Shown here: in pieces, positions 51,322 to 62,707 of the stretch
Numbering within the stretch: position 1 is the first letter of the stretch
How the letters are laid out: every line of letters begins with the position of its first letter
Assembly: GCA_964247055.1 (NCBI GenBank)
Contig: OZ176058.1
Span: forward strand, 2,232,001 to 2,296,000
Direction of reading: 5' to 3'
DNA length: 64,000 bases
Origin: Paragordius varius
Taxonomy: Eukaryota; Animalia; Nematomorpha
Position numbers and translations under genes: made by a program
Notes under the pieces: generated by a model
Databases searched by the model: none
What the model saw: only the letters and a program-made list of their open reading frames with translations
Told to the model about the DNA's origin: nothing

Positions 51322-54300
51322 TCAACGAACGTTCCCAAGTAGGGTGGGAGAAGGTGTTCGAGACGAGGATGGTTCATGCTTTGTGGGGTTGTTTCTAGAC
51401 TTACTTGAATAATCCGCCGTGGAGGCATTTGATGGGTAATGGTGTCGAGAGCTTAAAGTTGTTGAGGATTTGCTAATAAATAAAAGATAAAAAAGATTAT
51501 TTATAAAAAAGGTCAACAAAGTATAAAAATATTTTTATACGAGTATATATGTGACTATAAAAAAATAGTTGAAACTATTTTTTTAATATTAAAAGTTTAA
51601 TATAGGTGCTATATAGTTAGTAAAACAAATGATTAAACAGAACTTATTATATTATATTTACTTAAAAAAATTGGACTTAAGGAGAATCGTAAACTGATCA
51701 TGTTCCTAAATAGACGTTCCTTGAACAAAATTTATAAGAAACTTTACAAAATAATTTAAAACTTTTTTTTTCGTATTTTAATAGGGTTAAGCATTAAAAA
51801 TTTTTAAAAAAGAAAAATCACAATTTATAACACTGGTACTTAATACATGGCCCCAAATAACTTATTTATGTACATATTTTTTTTATTTACTGAATCTGAA
51901 AATAAACAGTTATATCAAATATTTTGGCATTCTAAAAAAATATATTTGTGCGACCCTTCAAATTTTACATTAATTATTATGTAATAGATTTAAAAAAAAA
52001 CTTACAATTTTTTCTTGCTTCTTTCCTCATTGTCGTCTGAAGGATATTCTTCACGATGAATATCAGAGCGCCTTTTTGAATGTTTATGGCTTTTATTTCC
52101 GCTATGACTTGATTTGGTGAATTCATCAATTTTAACGACGTCTTCGTCATAATACTATAATAATAATAATAGAGTAAAAATTAAAATTATACCGACCTTA
52201 ATTTTTCAGTATCTTTGAGGCTGTTTTGATCATTTTTTGACCCTTTTAAATTTATATTTTAATTTTGGATATAATAACTTCTTATTATTCGTAAATTTTG
52301 GCTAAAATTCAAATTTTTATATTTTTAAGGCATAGTGGGTGCCGAAAAAATGTGTTGGTGTTAAACATACCTGTTTAAATGGCTAAAAAGGGAAGGAGAT
52401 AGTTTACATGAGTATTGTTGTCACCATATATGAGATTTTGAAATTTATTCGTTACATTTTTACACTTTTTAAAATTAAAAAAATTAATATTTACGAGTAA
52501 CTAAAAAGTAAACTATGGTTTAATTGATAGCCACTCACATTTAAAAAATTCTCCCGAGTGACGACGTTATAATGGGCTTAAAAAATTACACATTTACCAA
52601 ATTAATAAGAATTTTCTACCACATATGTTCTCACATAACAGAAAAAAACTAAAATAAAATTAATTAGTTAATTTTAAAAAATAATAAAAGTGCAAACAAT
52701 TATTGTACCCCAAAAGTAATTTATTAATCAACTATGTCCTTGATTGAATGTTTATAAGTATTTTGAATTCAAAAATAAAATTATTTATCCGTTTTAGGTT
52801 CTTTCATTTCAAAATTGCAGGTAAATATTTAAAATATTTTAAAGTAATTTATTTATAAGCCTAAAAAATATAAAATTTTGTTACCCTTGAATTAAATTTG
52901 GCAAGTTGTTTATCTTATAAAAACTTTTAACCGAATCATTAAATTTAAAACTTTTTAGTAACATCACAAAAGCAAATTTTTTTAAATCATTTTGCCATGT
53001 TGTTTTCTTCCTTATATTTCTTTTTTAAAACCTAAAATAAACTTTTATTAGCTTTGCTATACTTTTCCTTTACAAAAAAGCTGTTCTGATCAATATTTAA
53101 AGAAAATAAAATCTGATAGGTTTTGACATTTTTTTTCTTTTAAAAAAACTCTAAAATTTATAGACAGATTTTTAATTATTTAAAACCCTAATCAAAAGGT
53201 TTTGTGAGCATAATTTCTTACTCTTTTATGGGTTGTTTTGCCATGATGTTGTTTTTCCTTGTAATATTGATTGTAATTAAAAATTTAAGGTTAAATATTC
53301 TTGAAAAACTTTTATTAGTCTTTGGTTCGTTTTACCAACTCAAATTTTCACGTTTTTAAACATTAAATTGAAAATAAAGGGATTTTTTTACCCTTTTATG
53401 AGTTGTTTTGACATGATGTTGTTTTTCCTTGTAATAATGATTGTAATTTTAAAAATTTAAGGTTAAATATTCCTAAAAACCTATAAATTAGCCTTTGATT
53501 TGTTTTACAAAGACAAATTTTAAAGTTTAATTTAAATTAAAAATAACCCTTTTATGGGTTGTTTTGCCATGATGTTGTTTTTCCTTGTAATATTGATTGT
53601 AATCGCTGCCCTGTCCATTTTTTTGATCAGCGGCAATGGTATTATCATCTTCGTGTTCCAACAAATTATCATTGTAATAAAAATTATCTTTGGACGAAGT
53701 TTTATTATAATGTTGATGATGACGGGACGATTTGCTAAAACAATAAAATAATGTTAAAAATCTAAAATATTAATTAATTTTTTGACATAAATTTCAAACT
53801 AAAAATTATAGAGATTAGTTTTATGATATTAATATCATAAAATTATAAAAACTGGTTTTTGACAATTTTACAGCAGTTTAAAATTGGCAAAAATATTAAT
53901 ATTTGATAATTTGAAAGTTATGGAAATTTTTGACATATTTATACAGTAAAATTAAATAGAGAAATAAATATCGGTTTTTATGACATGACATACAATTGAA
54001 AATGCAAAATATTGATTGATGTTTTAACGTATTAAAATAATTTAATATTCATAAAAAAGAATATATGTTGTCCTGAAAAATATTATACGGTAGAATAATA
54101 AACTAAAGACCATAAATGTAGATTCATACATATTTTACAGTAAAATTAAAAAATATTGGTTATGTACAGAAGTTTTTTCAACAAATTTTATAAAGTTTTT
54201 CAAAAATTTCTTTCAAACACGCTTTTAAAACTTACTCTCTTGATTTTGGGCGATATTCATCATCAACATCATCGTGTTTATGGTCCATAAATCTTACATC

Positions 54301-57300
54301 CTCGTCAGCGTCAAATTGCTCATTTTTGCCATACTTTCTGGTTGTTGAAGAGCTGTTTTTATAACTTTCTCTGTCGCGATTTCTAGTTTTTGAGTCTCTT
54401 TCAGTGCCATATTTATCCTCTCTTGAACTGTGTTTATGATGGTGTTTGTGTGAACTACTGCTGTTCGTCCTTTTATATTCATCTCTGTTACTACCGTGTT
54501 TTTTTCGATCATATTCAATTTCATCTTCATTGTAGTAATTTTCAGATTTTATAGCTTTTTTGGCGGCCTGTGTGTTTGACAAGCTTTCAAGTTTTGTCCC
54601 GCTACTACGATTAGAGCCTAAATTTTTGTAAAGTAAAGTAAGTAGAAAATAATGGAGATATTACAATAAATGGTTATATGTAAAGTCGTGTAGACGAAAT
54701 TTTATGGATATCTTTTAAAAAAAATTTTCTTTAACTATAACATTTACAGTACAAATTCACCCCAAAAATAAATTATGTATTTTCGAATTAATATAACTTA
54801 TTATTAATATCAAATATATCTTTATGGCATAGTTTATTATTTTTTCAGTATTATTTTAATTTAAAACAAATTTATTTTTGCAATATATATATATATAAAT
54901 ATAGGTAATTTTTAATCTTAAAAATCATATATTTTAATTGAGAGTTAATTTAAATTATTCGAGGATGAATATGAATTGTTTAAGGGTAAATTTGAATTGT
55001 AAATGGTATACATACAGTCATGTATATGTAGAATTGACAGAAATTCGTTTTTAAATGATTATATAATTTGTTTTTAATTGTTTTAATGTTTGATATGTCA
55101 ACTTTCAACATGCGCATTTTTAAGCATTAAACTAAAAATAGCTTATTTATTTTGTAAAAAATTAAAAACAAAGTAAAATCAATTAAAAACGTATATCGGA
55201 CAATTCTAAACATACATGACTGTAAATGGCCAATACTTACTTACCCCCAATAATGGTTACAGGCGCAATCGTATTGCTCCCTTGATTAGACTGTGGGACA
55301 AAAAAGCCCGGGGGTGCCAGAGCGCCCTGCTGAGCAGCCAACGGGTGAATCGGATTTAGGGTGGCGGGAAACTTGTTGAGGGCCGCGGCGGCCGCCGCAT
55401 TCACAGCAGCTGTGTTCGCCGCGGCAGCTAGGGTGGCCGTTGCTATGGCAACCTCGGCGGCAACTGCCTCTTTGCCATATAAGAGTTCCTAGGGATATAC
55501 AGTAAAAGATAGTAAAAACAAAAAAGTAAATATATGGGTTTGTCCTATTTATATAGAGATGGTTAGTTGGAAATAGAAAGTAAATAATAATAATAATGGT
55601 TGTTAAATTCCGTAAAATGATAAACGAAAATTAATTTAAAGATAATTATTAACAGAAATTTTGACCGATATGTGACCCTTTGGTCAATAGTAATCGCAGA
55701 CTAGTTTCGTGCTTGTTAGCACGCATCACAACTATTTGACACGGGCGTTTCATATATCGATTTTGTTTTTATATCGAACTTTGCGATTTTGGTATAAATT
55801 CAGTCGGTTATACAAATTTAAATTAAATATAATTGACATTCATTTAAATTAAACTGAAAATTAAGACTTTAACTCTAATCCGTCATTTACCATTACAAAG
55901 AAAATGATAGTTGGTGTTTGTCAATAATCGAATTCGCAATTCTCATGCACAAAAATTAAAATATTTAATAAACCCACTTTTGTAGTTATAACAGCTTGTC
56001 TAACTTTCAAAAACCCAGTGTGTTGTTTCCCAGTGTTATGATCTTCAACCCGTGAAGGTGCATCATTTATAATGAGAAACGATCCACAAATCTCACAAAC
56101 TCGCATATGTCTTTCCATAGCCCGTGCGGTATCAGTTTCCTACAAAATGAATATTTTTATAAATTATCTTCAAGAATAAGGAATGGTAAAAAGAGAATAA
56201 TTAAAAAAAATATATTTTTGTAAGGAGCAAATACCGTAATTATACTTTAACACTTGGATACAACACATTAATTTTAGTCCTTCGATTCAAATTGGGGTAA
56301 TTAGATACCCCATAAAATTATATATTTCAAAAAATATGGAATATATTAAAACCATGGCAAAAGTTTGCACTCATATATTATTAATAAACCGAAATATAAT
56401 AAAATATTCACTCAAAAATATTTGATATTACTTATTCAGGGGTAAAAGCGAAAGGTAAAAATTTTGCCAACATCATATATGTACATAAGCTAAATATGAA
56501 AATAAAGCAAAATATCCCATTTTTCTGTTTAAACAAATGTTAAATGTGATTTTAATAAAAATCAAATCAAATTTTAGGCTAAGAATCAGGTAAACACGAT
56601 ATTTTATAAAATAAAAATAGCGCCTATATAGTTTGCGACGTAACTTTTTTTTCAAAGATTAAAATTAATTTAGATGTTTTGGTTTATTTATATAATTTTT
56701 ATTAATTATAAATCTAAATTGGAACCGTTTCTTTCAGTAGTTTTTTAAAAATATCAACTTAAATATTTTCTCGGGTAATAAAATACCCCAATTTAATCCA
56801 AAGTGTTAAAAAGATATTTGTAAAAAAAAATATAATGATATATTATTACTAAATAAGATATAAATAACAAAATATGTGATAAATAGCCCAATTACAATTT
56901 TGATTTTGTCGCGTTCAAAAGTCAAACGTTCCACTTCTTTGATTGTTTCACTAGCTTCATCAACCTTTCCCTCAGTTCCCAAAGCTTCAACCTAAATCAA
57001 ACAAAAATAATAAGTTTAAAACTAATAATAAAAAACTGTTAAAAAACAATGATTAAAATAAAATTAGTAAGAAGATTTACCTTTACTAAAAGTACATCAA
57101 TTTCGCCTTGAATAACTGCAATTTTGGCTTCATTCTCACGCGTCAACTGCTGAATCTAAATTAAACAAATGAATGCTTTTAAAAAATTAGAAAATTAAAG
57201 TATCAGAGAACGCTAAAAAGTATAAATTGAAAGCAATATATATATCAGGAGATATTTAAGAAGAAGAATTGTAAAAATGTATATGTTAAGTTTAAAAAAA

Positions 57301-58868
57301 CAAAGATGCTTTATTAACACTTAGATACAATACATTTTAATCCTACCACAGGGCTGTTTAAAATTAAATTCTTTAAAAAATATAAAGGGAATCAAAGCCA
57401 CGGCAAAATTTTGCGCTTATATAACATTAATAATCCGATATACATAAAAAAGTTATTCAAAAATAACTTGATATTACTTATTTTAAGGTAAAACAGAAAG
57501 TTAAAAATTTCGTCAACGTGACATGTGTCAAATTGTAAAAGCAAAAAATAATACAAAATAAACCGCTTTTTCTATTTTTATCAATGTTAAATATAATTTA
57601 AATAAAAAAATAGCTTTAGTTTTACCCTTAAAATTATATGAAAACGATATTTTGCAAAAAAATTTTAAAATAAAAATGGCGGCGAAGTAGTTTGACATGA
57701 AACTTTTTTTTCAAAACAAAATTTTATTTAAATATTTTGGCATATTTATATAATTTTTATTAGGATAGAAGCATAATTTAAATTGGGACATTTCCTTCAG
57801 TAGTTTTTAAATCATAAAATAAATATAGTCTCAGGTAATGAGATCCCCAATATGAATCGAAGTGTTAATATTTTTAAATAACTCAATTCGTTAACGAAAC
57901 CTGGCCAATATATTAAAATAATTGAAATTTTTTACTTTCACATTGTTTTGACTATCATTGACGGCTAAACGAGCATGACCACGCTTAATTTTACGATCAA
58001 CTTCGGCCAACGCGTTTTCCAGAAAGCGTAAAAAATCTTGTTCGTAGCCCATTTTCATATATCTACTGCTTTCCTTATACCTTTACAATGATAAAAATTG
58101 AATATTTGTTACAGTCGGAATATTTCGTATAAACATATTTATAAATATATTAAATAAAAGTCAAATAAATATAATAGGGTATAAACGAAAGAAACTTCTA
58201 ATATTTTGAACTATGCTCAAATCAACAGCAACAGGAGAGAGGGATATATCGCTTTAAGAAGTAGTTTAACACCAACCTGTATATATCCTGGTGACCAACT
58301 GATGTTTATATTTTTGTTTTGGAAGATTTGGTATAAAATAAATTTTTTAACTAATACAATATACCTCACATAATTTCAGTATGAATTAAGTATCATTCTC
58401 ATCATAATATCCCCTCTTAAGAAAGAACCGAATATTTTGTCTAAGTAAATTTGGAAAACGTATTAATAATATTTAACTAAAATATTATATATAAAATATT
58501 AAAATTATTAAAGGTATGTTAAAAAACCACGAGTATTTTGAGTAAAAAACAAATATAAAGTTTACTTTTTCTTCAAGGGCTCATCATGAATCTTTTCGCA
58601 AACACCTGCATATAATATATTTATGCATAAATATAATTCAAATGTTAAAAGATATTAATTTTTATTACTTACCCATATCAAACTTGGTATTGGTGAAAAC
58701 TTCATAAGGACAAAAATCAACCAAATAATATTTACACACCTAAAATTTAATAAACATAAAATATACAATATCGTCATCCCAATGAGTTTTCTTGACTTTG
58801 GCATCTGGGGGTAAATTTCTATCTCTTCCCATCAACTCATCAAGTTGTGCCGCAAGTATAGAAGCCAT
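51322..58868 (-). CDS. LUC7L3: Luc7-like protein 3 (U1 snRNP-associated, CROP), 599 aa, 12 exons
   Basis: Exons (minus) 58868-58767, 58739-58673, 58605-58566, 58080-57936, 57155-57081, 56991-56896, 56139-55978, 55488-55245, 54617-54236, 53734-53548, 52154-52006, 51472-51322; 1800 nt with all phases consistent. MASILAAQLDELMGRDRNL, VCKYYLVDFCPYEVFTNTKFDMGVCEKIHD (ZnF1) and MRVCEICGSFLIINDAPSRVEDHNTGKQHTGF (ZnF2) fit the LUC7L3 subfamily. The last four exons are inferred from phase and composition and are less certain. Confidence 0.93.
52900..53610 (-). repeat. Tandem array (period about 165-170 bp) of LUC7L3 exon 10 3' end plus donor
   Basis: ATTACAATCAATATTACAAGGAAAAACAACATCATGGCAAAACAACCCATAAAAG(G/A)|GT is at the true junction 53548/53547 and again at about 53391-53447 and 53222-53277. 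Eroded traces at about 52990 and 52900. Confidence 0.92.
55015..55222. mobile_element. Tc1/mariner-type MITE in LUC7L3 intron 8, adjacent to a CCATTT-family MITE (about 54740-55007)
   Basis: TA|CAGTCATGTATATGTAGAATTG ... CAATTCTAAACATACATGACTG|TA. Confidence 0.88.
56251..56805. mobile_element. TTAA-flanked MITE in LUC7L3 intron 6
   Basis: TTAA|CACTTGGATACAACAC ... ATCCAAAGTG|TTAA, with an internal sequence matching the family copies in the macro-repeat. Confidence 0.82.
57318..57864. mobile_element. TTAA-flanked MITE in LUC7L3 intron 4
   Basis: TTAA|CACTTAGATACAATAC ... GAATCGAAGTG|TTAA. Confidence 0.82.
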
Positions 58869-59904
58869 TTTGAAAGAGCAGGCGATAAATTTTGGAAATA
58901 ATGAATGTCCACAATTTAGTTGTAATATTTAATTTCGCATAAATTTAAACCTGAATCAAATATATTACAAACGCATTTTTTGCATATTTTAACTCCATAT
59001 TCAAAAAACAGTTTATTTTATTCGCTTTATCATTAAAGTATATAATTAGCTCTTTGATGAAATGGCTCAACTGCGATTTTATATGCTGTTGCCATATATA
59101 AAGATTATTAATTAGCTAAACTAATTTTAAAAAACAAAAATGCAACAGACGCGAAAATTTTCCCTTTGACTATTGATGACAAAATCGCCTAAAACACTCT
59201 TGTTGGTATATACGCACTGTACACAATTGCATAAAAAAATTAATCAAATAAATATATTCTGATAGAATATATCAGGATTATGGTGCTTTTTGTTTTCGCC
59301 CTTTTTCGCAATCAAAATTTTGACATAAAAATATATTTAAAAAATGCATATTTTTAGAAGAATTTTTAGCAAAAATCCATGGCATACTTCAAAAATTTAG
59401 GGCATATACAGTATAAAAAAACTTTTTGACATTATATAAAACATTTTTTTTTATAAAATTCAATAAAGTTAGTTGTATCGTTACAGAATTTTAATAAATT
59501 TAGTCTTTTAAATTTTGGTGAACCCCAACATTTTTCATTTGAATGTGTATAGGGAACTTTATTATGCTGGTAAGGAGATTCCCTAAGTTTAAACGCCGAA
59601 TATGTTTAAAAGGCATGCAATCATAAAACATTTACTTAATAATAATATATGATCAATGCAACAAGATCTCAACTATTATACTACAATAAAAGTTTTTAAA
59701 CATATACCTATTTCGCCGTAAAATAGAATTATTAATATAAATATTTCTATTTTATTTTATTCTTAACTTTAATCTTAATGGTAATATAACTGTACAAAAT
59801 CAACCCAATACTAACACCTAACTGTTCAATAATAAATAATATAAATCTTCAAGCAACCCAGCATTAATAAACTTCGCCATATTAGAAATAAAAATATGAA
59901 ACAG

Positions 59905-60985
59905 TTAAAATTTAAGTTTGTCACTGACAATATAGGATCTCTCAAAGCAAAAAGTCATCTCCAAGATCACAAACAAAAACATAGACATTTGTGACCTTTA
60001 AGAGACATGATACAATGATAGACGAAACGAAGTGATTAAAACTATAAATTATTTCATCAAGGCGATAAAACAAGACTAGAAAATATAGCATCTATAACCA
60101 GACATTCAAACAGAGTATTAGAACTTAGGTTAGTCATCAGTAAACATATATTTAGCGTAACATTAGTACGCTCCACAGAAAAATAGAACTCAATCTGACA
60201 AAAATGCTTTTTCGAAGCAGTTATTCAATATATACGAGATACCACCAGATAATATTGTGCTAATTTGTGGCTTTTTAAATAGACATGTTGGAGCCAAAAA
60301 CGATGATTATAAAAATGTTCATGCTAATAATGGTTATGACGTTTGAGATGATGAAAGAAGCAATACTTGATTTCGGCAATTCTTAAATTTAGTTTTAGCT
60401 AACACTTTCTTTACAAAACCAAATAAGGCGTTAATCACCTATCGAAGCAATGAAAATGAATCAATGATCAATGACGTCCTAATCAACCAAAAACACCGCG
60501 ATTGTATAAGGAAAATAAGGACTTATGTATGTGAAACACAACATTCTTTGATAGTAGCAGAACTGCAGATAAATAATAATAATAAAATAAAGTCCTAAAA
60601 GCAAAAATAAATAGTATGACCCTTTCCAAATCAGAGAAGATGAACCTCTTTCAAAATGAGATAGCCAATATAGATTTAGATAAAATAAGAGTGTCAAAAA
60701 TATAAGGACCCATTTAAAAAAGGGGGCAAAGTTTGCGGCAGAAAAAAGTATGGCAGTAGGCCACAAACGTTGGTGGTCAAATAAAATTTAATGTCACATA
60801 TCGAATAAATTTGAATTAATCAAAAAATGGAAAAAATCAGGCCTCGATAAAGATAAATTAGCTTATTTGGATTATAGAAAATATGTTAGTGAGTTGATTG
60901 ATGTCCAAAAGAACAAGAGGAGAAGAGAAATAGCTGATGAAATTTCAAGAGATACATTCAATTACACCTGACGACGTGAAACGAA
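59905..60985 (+). pseudogene. Decayed RTE/BovB-type LINE apurinic-like endonuclease region
   Basis: Across stops and frameshifts: FVTDNIGSLK, YKLFHQG, YAPQKNRTQSDKNAF, IVLICGFLNRHVG, LVLANTFFTKPNKALITYRS, SMINDVLI, QHSLIVAEL and RWWS, in the order expected for RTE endonucleases. Confidence 0.82.
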
Positions 60986-60999
60986 CTTGGTCGGGGCTT

Positions 61000-62694
61000 G
61001 CTATCAGGTGATAAAAAAATTTAACATTAGACTTAAATCAAGCAAGAAAACTTTATTCGTAAGTGATAAAAAATCATATGATCAAAAACGAATAGAAGTT
61101 ACAAGTGTGGTAGCACACTTGACAGATTTTTAAATGAGGATTTATATTGCAAACTTTATTTATGTAATTTAGGTTTTATATGTAATTTAAACCTTTGGAA
61201 ATTATTTAAATTGTTTATTTGATAAATTTTGGCTAATTAATCTAAATTGGGTGGATACAAAAGAGGATTTTTTAGATAAACCTGCTAATTTAACAACAAT
61301 GCTAAAAAAATATGCTAAATATATCGATTCCGTGGACCTAACAAAAAATTGATTCTGGAAATTTTTTAAAATTTATAATCAAATATTAATCATGTGAAAT
61401 TTCAAATCTTTGTTTAATAAACGATTAATTTTACTCCACTATTAACTAATGTAAAGAATTTCAGCATAAATTTATTTCGAATGTAATGATAATCACTTAA
61501 AAATAATAAAATGTTATATTGTATAAACATCTTCCCCCCATTATATCAATGGACTCCTAATGAATAGTGTGGTAAAATAAAGAGTGTTATAGGGGCGAAT
61601 GTTTCATCAATTAAAACATTATTATCGGGCTCAATATTTAGAAAATCATATAATAATAAATAAGATACATGCTAGTGAGTTTGAAACTTCAAAAGATGCA
61701 TGTATTAATTATTTATCTTTTTGTGCCTTATTTCATAATTTTGGCTGAAAATGATCAAAATAATTTCCGTAAAATTTAAATTGGGTGGCAGAAAAATGTT
61801 ACATTCATAAGCAAAAGACTTGACTTAAGTGTTTTTTTATCACTGATCCTTTAAGTGTACACCTTCTGGCTTAAGTAAACTTGCTCAACTTGCCGCGCTT
61901 GACTTACAAGTCAAGTGCGACTTTTTCTTAACCCCACCCTATGTCTAGGAACTGTCAAAACTGCCTTTGAACATTGGCTCACACCACTCATCATGAAGTT
62001 TTTAAAAACAACTGACACGTATCTTATTTAATATTATAGAGTTTTCTAAATATTGAGCCTGGTAATATATTTTAGATTGATGAAACCATTCGCCCTTAAT
62101 ACATTTCCATTATTTTACCACACTGCTTATTTTGTTTGGATTCCAGTTGCAAATAAAATGGGAAAATGTTTATACAATATAACATATTATTATTTTTCAT
62201 TAATTATCAACATTGAATTCGAAATAAATTTATGATGAAATAAATTCTTTACATTTAAGAAATTTTCGAGAATTAATTTTTTTTGCTTTCACGAAATTGA
62301 TATATTTAGCATATTTTTATATGCCATGCTATTAAATATTAACAGAGCTTTTCAATAAATTTATCCTCTTTTGTATCCACTTAATTAATAGGTTAATAAG
62401 CCAAAATTTATCGATTTAACATTACATAGCATTAACAAAGGTTTTAATTACTTATAAAACCTAATTTTATACATAGATAGTTTCCAAAAATAATTTTATC
62501 CATATAAATCTGTCAAGTGTGCCCTACACCACACTTGCAAAATCTTTAAGTCTTATCTGATCATATGATTACCTCCGAATCAAGTTTTCTTGCTTGACTT
62601 AAGTCGTCCAATGTTAATTTTTTTTATCAAATGAAAGCAAACCATGATTTTGAAAACTTGCAAGTCAGGTCAAAAACTTTTTATCACCCCACCC
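61000..62694. repeat. Diverged inverted pair of a macro-repeat component (arms about 61000-61545 and 62150-62694)
   Basis: The forward arm matches the segment following GG(A/G)TGGGGTGATAAAA in the tandem units. The second arm is its reverse complement and ends TTTTATCACCCCACCC at 62694. Confidence 0.75.
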
Positions 62695-62707
62695 ACTATT
62701 ACAAAGT

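Noticed and set aside
53554-53751. Hydrophobic 65-aa plus-strand ORF, and alternative-frame ORF 54294-54530
   Set aside because: These are antisense or off-frame readings of LUC7L3 exons 10 and 9.
60479-60766. 95-aa hydrophobic minus-strand ORF
   Set aside because: It is antisense to the decayed RTE LINE.
60966-60990. CTGACGA...GAAAC hammerhead-like words
   Set aside because: Only 3 nt separate the two core words, so stem II cannot form, and there are no flanking stems.
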